Positions 11,075-23,200 are shown, counted from the stretch's first letter. The stretch: DNA of 64,000 bases from Rhynchobatus australiae (GCA_034780895.1 JAUZTB010000118.1:69819669-69883668), one strand, 5' to 3'. Program-made: numbers and translations. The notes: generated from the letters alone by a model not told the origin.

Positions 11075-11620
11075 AACTGATGCATATCTAAGCAGGCAGC
11101 TGTAGGGTCCTGTATCTCTCTTCAACAGAGCTTTGAAAGGACACTGAGACCAAGAAGTTGAGGGGAGCGGTCACTTGTGCAGCCACACGAAAAGCATGGC
11201 CACCTGGTCTAGTAAGAACCAAGTGGTGCTGAAAATGTTGACACAAAAAAAACTGCAGATGCTGGAATCTGAAGCAACAAACAATCTGCTGGAGGAACTC
11301 AAAGGGTTGAGCAGCATCTGTGAGGGGGGGATAGGAATTGTCGGCAGTCTATCTTCCCCCTCCATGCTTAATCCTGCTGCAGGGTTTTGACCCAAAATGT
11401 CGACCTTTCCTCCCACAGATGTTACTTGATCCGCTGAATTCCCCCAGCGTATTGTTGGTGCTGAAAATGTTGCCAGATTTCCCCACACCTGCTGTGACTC
11501 CCCAAGCCTCCTCAGCCACATGATCAGACATGACAAGGAAATTCACGGTGGTTGGGATAGAACCCCTTTGAGGTGGATCTCCCTGGTGATCCTCTCACTC
11601 CAAGGCAGCTGTAGGTAGGT
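11075..11620 (-). mobile_element. PIF/Harbinger transposase fragment (degraded), interrupted at 11241-11455
   Basis: Minus strand reads NFLVMS / LRRLGESQQV then GGHAFRVAAQVTAPLNFLVS.SFQ, matching the HARBI1-like 'GGHALPVAVKVTAALNFYASGSFQ' region. Confidence 0.7.
11241..11455. mobile_element. Palindromic Penelope-derived mini-element with 17-bp TSD
   Basis: Inverted arms ~11281-11343 and ~11401-11455; hammerhead-like motif in the loop (11372-11404); perfect direct repeat tggtgctgaaaatgttg at 11224-11240 and 11456-11472. Confidence 0.8.
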
Positions 11621-12084
11621 GAGGAGCAACCTGTTTCTAATTTGGAGACTCTTGCAGTTGTCCTCTCAGGCTGACAGNNNNNNNNNNNNNNNNNNNNNNN
11701 NNNNNNNNNNNNNNNNNNNNNNNNNNNNNNNNNNNNNNNNNNNNNNNNNNNNNNNNNNNNNNNNNNNNNNNNNNNNNCCTCTCAGGCTGACAGAATAATA
11801 ACACCCATCATAAGTTGGCAGTGGACAGCAGCAATGATTAAATGGGCAATGTCGAAACTGAATGCAAGCACAAATATTACAAAATCTCAAGCCATACAAC
11901 CTTCTGAAGAGTAACTTCTATAAAGAAAACTTTTTTCAGAGTCATTCCTTAGCAAGTTATGCTTCATGAGGTCGACTGTTCATCTGCCAAATCATCACCA
12001 GGTATCATATATGAAAAAAGATCTACATTGTATTAGATAGGAGAGGGAGATATTGTTGCAAGGATTCAGCAACTTCATACAAAC

Positions 12085-12415
12085 TCAGAGCAGGAGTTGG
12101 CCATTCGGCCTCTAGAGCTGGATCCCACATTTAATAAGACCTTGGCTGATCAGATTGTAACCTCAAGTCCGCATTACTGTCCACAATCTCTGTAACCTTT
12201 CCTCTCAATGTCAAGAATCTATCTGCCGTTCTCGTAAAAAAAAAAGTCCAAATATTCAGCTTCTCCCGCCCTTTGAGGAAAAGAATTCCCAAGAATCTGA
12301 GAGAAAAACTTTTGCCTTGTCTCTGTTTTAAATAGTTGACCACTTATTTATAATTAGTGACCTATAGTTCCAGATTCTCTCATGAGAGGAAACACCCTCT
12401 TACATCCATCCTTTT
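12085..12415 (-). mobile_element. CR1 3' end
   Basis: Reverse CR1 terminus 'gcaggagttggccattcggcc..ttggctgatc'; ORF 12131..12343 shows a decayed CR1 C-terminus. Confidence 0.75.
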
Positions 12416-14079
12416 AACCCTGTAAAAGATGAAGAAAGGTAGTAAGGTAGATTAACAGATAATAAAGAACATATGTTAACCATACCTAGCAATTACTGTA
12501 TTGGTAACAGCTATTGGAGAAGACAATTATAAAATAGGCTTAATGATATGTTGTGAACACTGATCACAATCNNNNNNNNNNNNNNNNNNNNNNNNNNNNN
12601 NNNNNNNNNNNNNNNNNNNNNNNNNNNNNNNNNNNNNNNNNNNNNNNNNNNNNNNNNNNNNNNNNNNNNNNNNNNNNNNNNNNNNNNNNNNNNNNNNNNN
12701 NNNNNNNNNNNNNNNNNNNNNNNNNNNNNNNNNNNNNNNNNNNNNNNNNNNNNNNNNNNNNNNNNNNNNNNNNNNNNNNNNNNNNNNNNNNNNNNNNNNN
12801 NNNNNNNNNNNNNNNNNNNNNNNNNNNNNNNNNNNNNNNNNNNNNNNNNNNNNNNNNNNNNNNNNNNNNNNNNNNNNNNNNNNNNNNNNNNNNNNNNNNN
12901 NNNNNNNNNNNNNNNNNNNNNNNNNNNNNNNNNNNNNNNNNNNNNNNNNNNNNNNNNNNNNNNNNNNNNNNNNNNNNNNNNNNNNNNNNNNNNNNNNNNN
13001 NNNNNNNNNNNNNNNNNNNNNNNNNNNNNNNNNNNNNNNNNNNNNNNNNNNNNNNNNNNNNNNNNNNNNNNNNNNNNNNNNNNNNNNNNNNNNNNNNNNN
13101 NNNNNNNNNNNNNNNNNNNNNNNNNNNNNNNNNNNNNNNNNNNNNNNNNNNNNNNNNNNNNNNNNNNNNNNNNNNNNNNNNNNNNNNNNNNNNNNNNNNN
13201 NNNNNNNNNNNNNNNNNNNNNNNNNNNNNNNNNNNNNNNNNNNNNNNNNNNNNNNNNGTGTGGAAACACTTGTGCTATGCTTACTCTATCAAATCTTAAA
13301 AACTTCTATTAGGTCACCTTTTTGCTAAGCTCATCTGATTCAACCTTTTCTGACAAGGAAATCCCCTCAATTATATTTGAAGTATTTCCCTCATGGAAAT
13401 TCATTTAACTGACCCCTGAGGTTGAATGACTTTTTGATCATTATCACCACTTAAAGTATGGTATGACAAAATACATATATAGTTTTAACATGACAAGCTA
13501 CAACTGATATTGCACACACCTCTATTCCATGCACCATGCTTAAGTTTTCTATTGGTTTTAATTGCTCCTCCATTGTAAGTAACATCAGGCCACTAACACT
13601 TTTAAATTGCCTTCAACTGCAATCTCAGTTATTTTAACATCATTCTAGTACATATGCTTTTCATTTTATAGCCAGTCAATGTGCAATACTCCCAGGTTCA
13701 ATGAGTAAATGTGCTACCTTTGCTGTACTCAGCATTCAACAACAACAACCACTTACTTCGATGTAGCAGTTTTAACATAGCAGAATGTCCCAGTGTGCTT
13801 CACAGGAGCATTGTCAAACAAAATCTGGCCTTGAGTCACATAAAGAAATATTAGTGCAATTAAGCAAAAACTTGGTTAAAATAGGGTTAACCAATGTCTT
13901 AAAGGAGGAAAGAGAAGCAGAGAGGTGGAAATTCTTGAGGTTCAGACCTCAGTGGATGAAGGCACAGCTGGCAAAGGACCAAATGGAGTTTGGGAAAATT
14001 GAGTCTGGGATTGGGGATGACAGATATTTTGGAGAATTCTAGGACTGGAGGAGGTTAAAGAGATAGGAAGATACCTTTG

Positions 14080-14400
14080 GACAGTCAGACACTTTTCCCC
14101 AGGGGNNNNNNNNNNNNNNNACACGAGGGGGCAAAATTTTAGGGTGATTGGAGGAAGGTATAAGGGGGAAGTCGGGGTAAGTTTTTTACACAGAGAGTGG
14201 TGGGTGCGTGGAACGCACTGCTGGCAGAGGTTATGGGGGCAGATACATAAGGGACATTTAAGAGACTCTTGGATAGGCACATGAATGATAGAAAAATAGG
14301 GGGCTATGTGGGAGGGAAGGGTTAGATATATCTTAGAGCAGGATAAAATGTTGGCACAACATCGTGGGCCGAAGGGCCTGTACTGTGCTGTAATGTTCCA
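14080..14400 (+). mobile_element. Younger CR1 3' end nested in L2
   Basis: FFTQRVVGAWNAL..EV..ADT..TFKRLLDRHM coding; tail 'gtgggccgaagggcctgtactgtgctgtaatgttc'; CpGs partly retained. Confidence 0.9.
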
Positions 14401-14481
14401 TATAAGATACGAGACAACAGGTGAATTTGGAAATGAAGATGAGAATTTTATAATTTAGGTATTGCATAACTGGGAGCCAAT

Positions 14482-14565
14482 GAAACAAAAACAGAGAGTG
14501 CTGGAAGAACTCAGCCACCAACATTCTCTGTTTTAGTTTCAGATTCCTGCAGTTTTATTTGTTTT
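14482..14565. mobile_element. Ultra-short palindromic Penelope-terminus element nested in L2
   Basis: Stem aaaacagagagtgctgg / ccaacattctctgtttt (15 of 17 complementary) around a loop containing gaactcagc. Confidence 0.6.
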
Positions 14566-15434
14566 CCATTTGGAATTTAATGGAGGTCAGCATGCACAAA
14601 GATGATGGATGAAAAGGACTTTGTGCAGGTTAGAGCACAGGTAGCAGCATTTTGGGTGCTCTCATGTTACCAGAGAGATCCAGCCAGAAGTGTACTGGAA
14701 TAATCATCTTGAGAGATAGCAAAGTTTTGAATGAGTGTTTCAGCAGGAGAAGAGCTGATGCAGAGTGAGGTACTGTTCCAGAGGTGCAAGTAGTCTTTGC
14801 CTACAGCAGGCTTTGAATCAGGATGCTTCTGGTTTCCATCAATCTGTTCTTGCACCCTGAGAGCTGGGAGCTGCACCCTGATTAGAGTAGGCATAAAGAC
14901 TCTGCAAGAACCTCCTCAGAAACAGAAAACTGCTCCTTCAGCAAGCTGGCCAGTGGGAGTCAAAGCACCTCCATGATCACTTCTGGAAACGATACTCTCC
15001 TGGCTCCACAAAAATTCCTGAGATCTTGAAGCTTGTTCTTAACACCCTTTTGTTTCTGTCAGGCAGGAGGGATGGTACACCATGCAATTTGGCACACATC
15101 TGCAGCAACCTTCCCACCACAAGGGTTATGAATGACTCCAATCACTCTCCCATCCTGGCGAGCCTTTGTGGGCAGAAGACTCCACTTCCAGCTTGTTGTT
15201 CTAGGTGCCTACTGAAGGTAATCTTATCCTGAAAGATAAAGGGGAATTTTCAAAATGTTGCAATGAGGTTGCTGCCCCACGAAATGTCATGAGTGTGAAT
15301 ATGATTTAAGCTTTGACCTATGAGTTTCAGAAACTATAAGGCAGTGAGACAGGAAGTCTTAGCAGGCATCAGCTGAAGTAGCCACCACAGTCGTATGAAA
15401 TCAAGAGTCCGTAGATGCCGGAATCTTGAAAATT

Positions 15435-16312
15435 CCACCCATTCCTTCCTGTCCCTTGGCACTTTTCCCCGTAACCGTAGGAAGTACAACACTAGTCCTT
15501 TCACCTCTTCCCTCACCACCATCCAGGGGCCTAAACAGACCTTCCAAATGAGGCAGAGGTTCACCTGCATCTCTTCCAACCTGATCTACTGCATTCAGTG
15601 CTCACAGTGTGGCCTCCTCCACACTGGCGAAACCAAGCGTAGACTAGGCAACTGTTTTGTGGAGCACCTGCACTTTGTCTGCAATGGCTATTTCAAGCTT
15701 CTGGTTGCACATCATCTTAACTCTCCTTCCCACTCCCACACTGACCTGTCTGTCCTCATCCTTCTCCAGTGCTACAGTGAGACCAAATGCAAATTGGAAG
15801 AACAACTTCTTGTATTCCACTGGGGGAGCTTACAACCCAATGTGGTAGTGGGATTGTTGTATTACCTAAGATTTGAAGGATGTGAATTGTGTAGTTGCTT
15901 GTGTTTGGAGGTAGCATTGATGAAGTTTCTTTCAGTACGTCAGGGCTTAATATTGAATATTGGATTTTCCATTTTCAGGTATCGCACATCCCACAGCCCC
16001 GGCATTCTCCTCCCACATACACTCACCTCTCCCCCTAGCTTTCTTCACTCTTTGTTCACTTTTCCCATCGCCTTCCCCCATATTGATCCATCTGCCCATG
16101 ATGCCCCTCCCAGCCCCCCTCATCTGGTGTCACCTATCACAACCCCCTTCATCTGGAGTCACCTATCACCTACCAGCCTCTGTCCGACCGCTCCCTTGTA
16201 CTGCTATATATTGCCTCTTAGTCCTGCTGCAGAGTCTCAACCCAAAAAGTTGATGTAGACTTTTTGCCTCCACAGATGCTGCTTGACCCACTGAGTTCTT
16301 CCACCGTTGTGA
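15435..16312 (+). mobile_element. Penelope-like element 3' part with GIY-YIG endonuclease
   Basis: RQRFTCISSNLIYCIQCSQCGLLHTGETKRRLGNCFVEH..VAHHLN..KLEEQLLVFHWGSLQP (within ORF 15395..16258), followed by the terminal repeat. Confidence 0.9.
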
Positions 16313-16528
16313 ATTGTGAGTCTGATTTTTTTTTTGTGTGTGAGTGATGTGTGAGCGGATGAGTTGCTGAGTAAGATTAGTATTATTAACAATGTAATGA
16401 GAGTGGAGAAATGGCTGTCACTGCAAGATTGGTGCATCAACTAAGATTTGAAGGATGTGAACTGTGCAGCTGCCTGCATTTGGAGGTAGCATTGATGAAG
16501 TTCCTTTCAGTATGTCAGAGCTTAATAT
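15866..16528 (+). repeat. 88-bp direct repeat (15866-15953 and 16441-16528)
   Basis: Hand alignment gives 79/88 identical; all 9 differences are transitions. Confidence 0.9.
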
Positions 16529-17529
16529 ATACTTGAAAGATTATGTAATTCTATCTCAGCAGTGCTCCCAGGGGAGGGGATGATCCTTCCCTGGAGGGTG
16601 ATCTCATAGGTCTCCACCTGTCACTTGCAGTTTATCACAGCTGTGGGATCCTCCAGGAATTCCTGGTTGTTGAGATGTGAATCTGAGAAGTGAGGGCACA
16701 CTCGCCCTCTTACACAGCCTCCTTTGGAGCCATTTAAGAATACGGTTTGAGAAATGTTGCAGAGACCTGACATGAATGAGTTCTGAAATGAGCCAGCAGC
16801 TGAGTAACAATGAGGCATTAATTATTGGGACCCTCACATTTCAAGCTGAAAGGCTGACATACACACTTAAAGCCTGCTTAGACACTTCCATGAGTATTGT
16901 GATCAAATAATATGTCTGACCTAGATAGAGATGCAGGGATTGCTTGCTTATCTAAGTGCAGTCTAATTTCTAGGCAGCAGCTACCCTTGATATTATGAAT
17001 CAGCAGGTGTAGTGAAGAAAAATTCCAGTGAGCACCAGTCATAATGGCTTATTAGACTATAAACCCCATATATCACTTTGAACTTTTATGTTCTTATGAG
17101 TTAACTGATCAAAATANNNNTACCTCAATTAATTATAGTGCAACAAGGCCAGAGAAAATTAAACCTGCCAGGATTTCAAGATCTAATCATTGTTCAGTTG
17201 TGCACAATCGTGGAATCCTGGTGAAAAAAGGATCAGGCCTCCCAGAATTTAGTTCCAAAATCAAGCAGTCACTATTAGGGATCACCAATAATCAAAAAGC
17301 CATCAAATGAGGTAACACATGTCAGTCAGTGTTTATGGATTAGTACCCCTTCATGTGATACTGCATCAGATGGGGTGTGCTAAGAGTTAAGGGATGTTGG
17401 ATGGGGGAATATTTGTATCAAAAGCCATATATATGCAATGAAAGGTGCTGAAGTATTGCAGTGAATCAATTGCAATTTATATTGCCATCATAAAAAGATG
17501 CACAATGCACCCGTAGCATAATATTTCTG

Positions 17530-17900
17530 TGGCCTTAAGCAGAATTGTAGACCACCACAATCTGTGACTTCTTGCCCAGTCCATCCTTCAGCACTGGAAC
17601 ATCACTTCTGTTTGTAAGTACTGCAGAAGGGTGTGTCCGAAGTATGCCAGGCATAACATAGAAGGAGATGAAAATCCCCATGACCACACAGGAAAACTTA
17701 ACTGATAAACCATGACAACCACAAGCTACACACAGATGTAATTTTTTTCCCCACATTTAGCCAACCTGAGGAATGCTTTGTAGTTCTACCACATCCAGAA
17801 TACTGCATATGGGGCATAATCAGCCGGATAACAGAAGAACTAGGCTCCACAAAGTTTCCCACTCTCAACCATGAATGATTCCATCCCGAAGTAGCCAGGG
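17530..17900 (-). mobile_element. Possible LINE AP-endonuclease fragment
   Basis: VLTNRSDVPVLKDGLGKKSQIVVV resembles the 'LDLVLTN..V.D.IG.SDH..V' end of APE domains; very degraded. Confidence 0.35.
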
Positions 17901-18099
17901 ACAAGGCTAAGGTGTCCCTAACTAAAAGTGCAAAATGGATAATTCCACTGGATCTTAGAAGCTCTTCTAATCATTGACATCAGTTCCATTCATCTAAAGG
18001 ATGAGATTGTGCTCTGAATACAGTAGAGGCAGAGTCCTAACAACATCCCAGCTGTGCACAAGATTGAATCAAACCTGATCTGACCAAGTGTGACACTTA

Positions 18100-19035
18100 G
18101 ATTCCCTAGAAAGACTGAAGTTAATTATAATCCTGAAGTCATACATGATGCAGAGAGAATCAGAATTCTAAGAGGCCAGCCCTTACAGCCCCAGCTCATC
18201 TTTATGATTCTTTTGGGGAATATTCTTGGCCAAACCATCTCTAAGTGCTTCAGTAAGGTTTTTTTTTGTCTTCATCATTTGGTCAAGACTGGTTCTGTTC
18301 CTCAATGCTGTTCAGATCTACTCATAACACATTTGATAATGAACCAGCTCATGCCAACCAGGAACAGAACCTGGTCATATTGATTCACATTATTGAGTTA
18401 GAGGTAATGTTCATGCAACATAAGCGTCAGGAAATAACAATGATGGAGAAGAAAAAGACCTGACAATTTGCTTGGACTTCCAGTTCTGGACCCATCTTCT
18501 GTAGCAAACTGAAGCAGACTGGTCATATGAACTCTGACTACCAGACACAATGTTGTCACAAACCTGATAGACTGCAAGATTTCTTTCTCTATTTTACAAT
18601 TTAGGGAGTCTGAGAGCAGGATGAGGACTGATAATCACCAAAACTAAGTCAAACCTAATTTCTTTAAACATCTCTACCACCTTCAGGACTCAAGTCAGGA
18701 ATGTGATAGACTATCACCACATGCCAAGCTCCATGCCATCACAACAACACTCGAGAAGCTCAACAGTATCTCTGACAGAATAATTTGTTTACTTCACATA
18801 CCCGTATTTGGACTCAGTATCCACTGCAGTATTCACAACCTAGAGATGCCCTTCAGCAACTTGCCAAGATTACAGTGACTGAACCCTTGTCTGCAGCCTT
18901 TATTACCAAAGAGTGAAAGAATAGTCAATTTTGTGGATGCACCATCAGTATCAATCTATCTTTTAGGTCATGCTGCCCTGACTTGTACGTACATTGTCAT
19001 TCCATCAAAACTGATGGGTCAGAGTCTCGGAAGAG
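18100..19035 (+). mobile_element. Old CR1/L2-group LINE RT and 3' region
   Basis: GNILGQTISKCF (~GSVLGPTIFSCF), decayed 'AQVRNVMEY..TTTLEKLNSI', and a 3' region shared with 39940-40180. Confidence 0.6.
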
Positions 19036-19711
19036 CAGGGACTCCAAAGTAGAGATGAAATTCAGGCATCAATTCTTCTGGTGTATGTTCTATAGGTTAT
19101 TAACCAGCAATTGAACACACTGAAGGAGCCAAGATATTTTAGTAAACACAAGTGTTCTCCATGTTATACCAATCAATATATTGAATAATAATAACTTTGA
19201 AAGACTGACTGTTTGACAGTAACACATTCCTCTTCAAGCACTAATTGACTGATTGTACAAACATTTTCAAATTTTGATCATTTCCTGTCAATTCTACTTT
19301 GATCTGATTTCTTGGTGTTTCTTGAAAGATAAATAAGCAAGTGATCCTACTTATCTTGTAGGAATCTCCATTAACTCTTCATCAATCAGTTGTTTGAAAC
19401 TTTCTTATTGGAAGTAAAGTGGAATTTTAAAATTGTCTTATTTGCTTTCATGATATGGTTGTTGGTTCCAAATACTTCTAAATCTCTCAACAATTCTTGC
19501 TAAAAAGCTCGAGTATTTTTTTAGATAAGAAAATGCTCTGGAGAGTGTCAGTTATTTCACACCTTGTCTTCAACCCATTCTCTTCTCAAAACAACCACAC
19601 ATTTTAGAGGTTAAAAAAAAACAAGACATTTATTGAGGTATTTCCTCTCTAATCACTATTCACAGTGTCAAACATTTCTGTCCTTGGAAAACATTCTTAC
19701 CTTTGGTGACA

Positions 19712-19835
19712 GACTTAGCTCAATTGCACTTGCACCTCTAAAGTAGAAGGTTGTGGGTTTACACATCAAATCAGATAAATATGTGTAAAGTCAACTGACA
19801 CTATAATGTAGTACTGAAGAAATGTTGTTCTGTCT
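19712..19835 (+). mobile_element. Deu-domain SINE (SacSINE1-like) 5' head
   Basis: 'gcacttgcacctctaaagtagaaggttgtgggttt..ctgacactataatgtagtactgaag' is a tRNA-like head. Confidence 0.6.
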
Positions 19836-19877
19836 TTTGCCCTGATTCCTATGTCAGTACTGTATTTTAGAAAAGGT

Positions 19878-20286
19878 TAGACCTGCATTTACATAATGCC
19901 TTCCATACCTCTTTTGGAATATCCAAGAGCATTTTACAGAGAACAAAATACTTTTAAGGTGGAGTCACTATTAAATGAATAAAGTTATGGCAGCTAATGT
20001 GTGCACAGCAAGCTTCCAGAAACAGCAAAGTGATAATGTCCAAATGGACAGTTGTGTGAAGTTAATACCAAGAAACAATAAATAACTTTTGTGTTCTCTT
20101 TTGAAAATATGCAGGACCATTTATGCTGATCTGAGAGTGCAGACATGATGATAGTTTAATACCTCATCATATCTTTCTCAGAATGTCGGCCTTGATTTTT
20201 GTTCTCAATTCTCTGGAGTAGGACATGAAGCTACAATGTTCTAATAGAGAGCTGAGAGTGGCACCAACATACTCACAGCTGACACT
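19878..20286 (-). mobile_element. Near full-length Deu-domain SINE (SacSINE1-like)
   Basis: Reverse tail 'cctgcatttacataatgcc', core 'gtgcacagcaagcttccagaaacagcaa', head 'ctctggagtaggacatgaa..gagagtggcacca'. Confidence 0.75.
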
Positions 20287-23200
20287 GACGATACCAACAA
20301 GAAGAGGAAAAAAGTTCAGCCCATNNNNNNNNNNNNNNNNNNNNNNNNNNNNNNNNNNNNNNNNNNNNNNNNNNNNNNNNNNNNNNNNNNNNNNNNNNNN
20401 NNNNNNNNNNNNNNNNNNNNNNNNNNNNNNNNNNNNNNNNNNNNNNNNNNNNNNNNNNNNNNNNNNNNNNNNNNNNNNNNNNNNNNNNNNNNNNNNNNNN
20501 NNNNNNNNNNNNNNNNNNNNNNNNNNNNNNNNNNNNNNNNNNNNNNNNNNNNNNNNNNNNNNNNNNNNNNNNNNNNNNNNNNNNNNNNNNNNNNNNNNNN
20601 NAAATCCCATTGTGTGTTGAAAGCCCATTTTTTCCCCTTCTTTTCCCCACTTTTGGGGTACAAATTTTTGCCTTGTATGTCAAATGCCTGTGTGTAAATT
20701 ATAGACCAAGGTGCAACACACAAGCACTCAAGTAGGAGGATCACATGCCAGAAATGGAAAGGCCATTGAAAGCTCCATGCACTGAATACATGTGATGCCT
20801 CATGCATTACGGCTGAAAAGGTACAAACCTATCCAATAAACTTCAGATCTTTAAGGTCCAAACTTGGCAATACAATGCTATTTATTACTTATTCATTTCA
20901 TCTACTCTTTAATCCCTTCGATCTTGGGATGCTTGAAGCCATGCTTTCCACTTGGACAGTGACTGCCAATTAAATAATGGTTGAAATAAATATTTTCTTT
21001 ATATCTTGTCTTTTCTGTGTGATATACATTGATTTCCAGCGTAAATGATTCAGTCTAGAAATTTCATAGCTATGCATCAAGATATTAGCAAAAAAATTAT
21101 TTGCTGGACATGATTGGTTACTTACACATTTTAGTTATGTTTGCAAAATGCCTTCCAAGTCTTTCATGGGAATGATGCATGAAGGTGTTTGGATGTGCAT
21201 GTGTCACCCAACATTATGCATTGTGCATTATGATGTTCAATTAATTACAAGATTTAGTTTTGTAAACATTACCCACAGATGACATGGGCCATGCATGCAG
21301 GTGCAGGCCTTCACAATGAATGTGAAGTGTGCTTCAACGGTAGTTAATGGGGCACTTCCCAACATGTGGAGACTGCTGCTTGGATCTGGCTAAGGTGGGT
21401 GTCTTTTAAGTTTAAAACCTACTCCTTGTTGTAAGTCTCCCTTGCACCCTGAAACCATAATAACCCCTCCTAGCTGCCAGCACATCTTGACTTCAACGCT
21501 CACCAACTGATCACCACCCCAAACAGCTGCAGTATCTAATCATGACCTACTCCCCAACCCCATCCTTCCCAATGATGACCCTACCCAGTTCTCTGGGTCC
21601 TGAGATCCCATTGCTCCTGTGACCTCTCTACACCAGAAGCCCCTGCTGTATTCCACAATCCGCAACATATGGTCTGTTTGACTTCCACTCACTCCGCAGT
21701 AGGGGAGTGAGTATAGGAAAGGTTCTTGCATGTATCAGATGCACAAAGTGAGTCCTATTGTGCCTTGCCTTCATATGTAGTAGAATTTTGCAGCAGTGGG
21801 TCCTCGCATAGACCAAGAACTTCCAGGCCATTAAGTGTGGTAATATTCAAACATCAGCAGCTTAACCATAAATTATCACTTACAAACTGCAATATATTGG
21901 CTNNNNNNNNNNNNNNNNNNNNNNNNNNNNNNNNNNNNNNNNNNNNNNNNNNNNNNNNNNNNNNNNNNNNNNNNNNNNNNNNNNNNNNNNNNNNNNNNNN
22001 NNGCTCTTGCTTTCAATGCTTCTTGAGCTTTTTATGTTTGAAATCCTAAAATTATGATGACATTTGACAGATACAATTTTGATATAATGTAGCACATTAC
22101 AGTTGCTCTCGTGTTCAATTTTTCCATATAGCCCCAAAGTGCAAAAAACCCCTAGGTTTTCGAACAAAGCTGATATTTTCTATTATTAGGCTGACCATTG
22201 CACAAGCTTGAGTAACTTTTTAATAGAAAACAACTATCATTGCCTGTGAAATCACTGGGGACATCAATACGCTCTCAATTAGCATCTCTGCCCTAGTTTC
22301 CCATCCCCCACACCAAAATCTAACTGTGCGCTGATGCAATACTGGTTATTCATGATTTTTTTTGCTCATTGGGTCTTATTAAAAACATATTCTCATTACC
22401 TTAGTGAGACAGAACAAGGTCTGCTCAAACTATCTATAACAATCCCCCATGTGTGACTTCAATTGATTATTCAAATTTAAAATAGCCCTTAACTGATATG
22501 AAATACTTCTGTCATTTTTATCAGAAAATGAGTCTTTTGACATATTTGCATATGAATGCTTTTAATATTTTTAATCGTGTGATTTAAAATGGAGTTTAAT
22601 GTTAATTACTAATTTCAGAAAGTGAAGCTCATTAATATGCTAATGTATTTTATTTTTGGACACCATAAGGTGGCAAGTAGCAAAAGAGCACATTTTTCAG
22701 ATATGATGTGACTATATGAAGACAGTTTAGTGATTGTTCTCCCAAGGAACAGCTGCAGTCACAAGACATGCCTCACAAAATGGAAGGTTATGGACTGTCA
22801 GAAGCTGACATCCCTTTTCTACAGAGAGAGAGGCATTTGTAGTCAGTGTCACTAGAAATGAAAAATTAAGGCTTTCAGGATGTTGCACACTCACTTTTGT
22901 CTCCTCAATTGCTGCCGAGTTAATGTAAAACACAATCAGCTGGAAAGAAGGGAAGTAAGCAGCAGAGGCCTGTGATTTATTCTTAATTAGACGCTGGCAC
23001 TGCATCTTGTCAAACAAGGGTATAGTGTGTGCTGAAGCACACTGACACAAACAGACAGGACCAGCTACAGCAGCACAGAATACAAAGTGCATTTGGGTTG
23101 ACATTGAAAGGGATTTAGATAAGTACTAGATTTTTAAAAAACCTATATATCTGAGTGGAAAGATGGAAGAGAATGAAAACAGTGCTAGTATGAGATGAAT

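Larger units (their letters stand above)
13738..14760 (-). mobile_element. L2-type LINE 3' end with two nested insertions
   Basis: HWLPV..L.YKILIF motif (ORF 14333..14524); (TTG)n tail at 13738-13750 on the minus strand. Confidence 0.7.

Noticed and set aside
12511-13299. Long ORFs spanning N runs (also ~9135-9693, 20167-20807, 26351-26842, 49979-50610, 55690-56470, 60443-60848)
   Set aside because: They are open only because N codons contain no stops.
15395-16258. 287-aa ORF as a host gene
   Set aside because: It is a Penelope GIY-YIG remnant plus inserted flank and C-rich UTR, with a degraded YIG motif (LHTGET).
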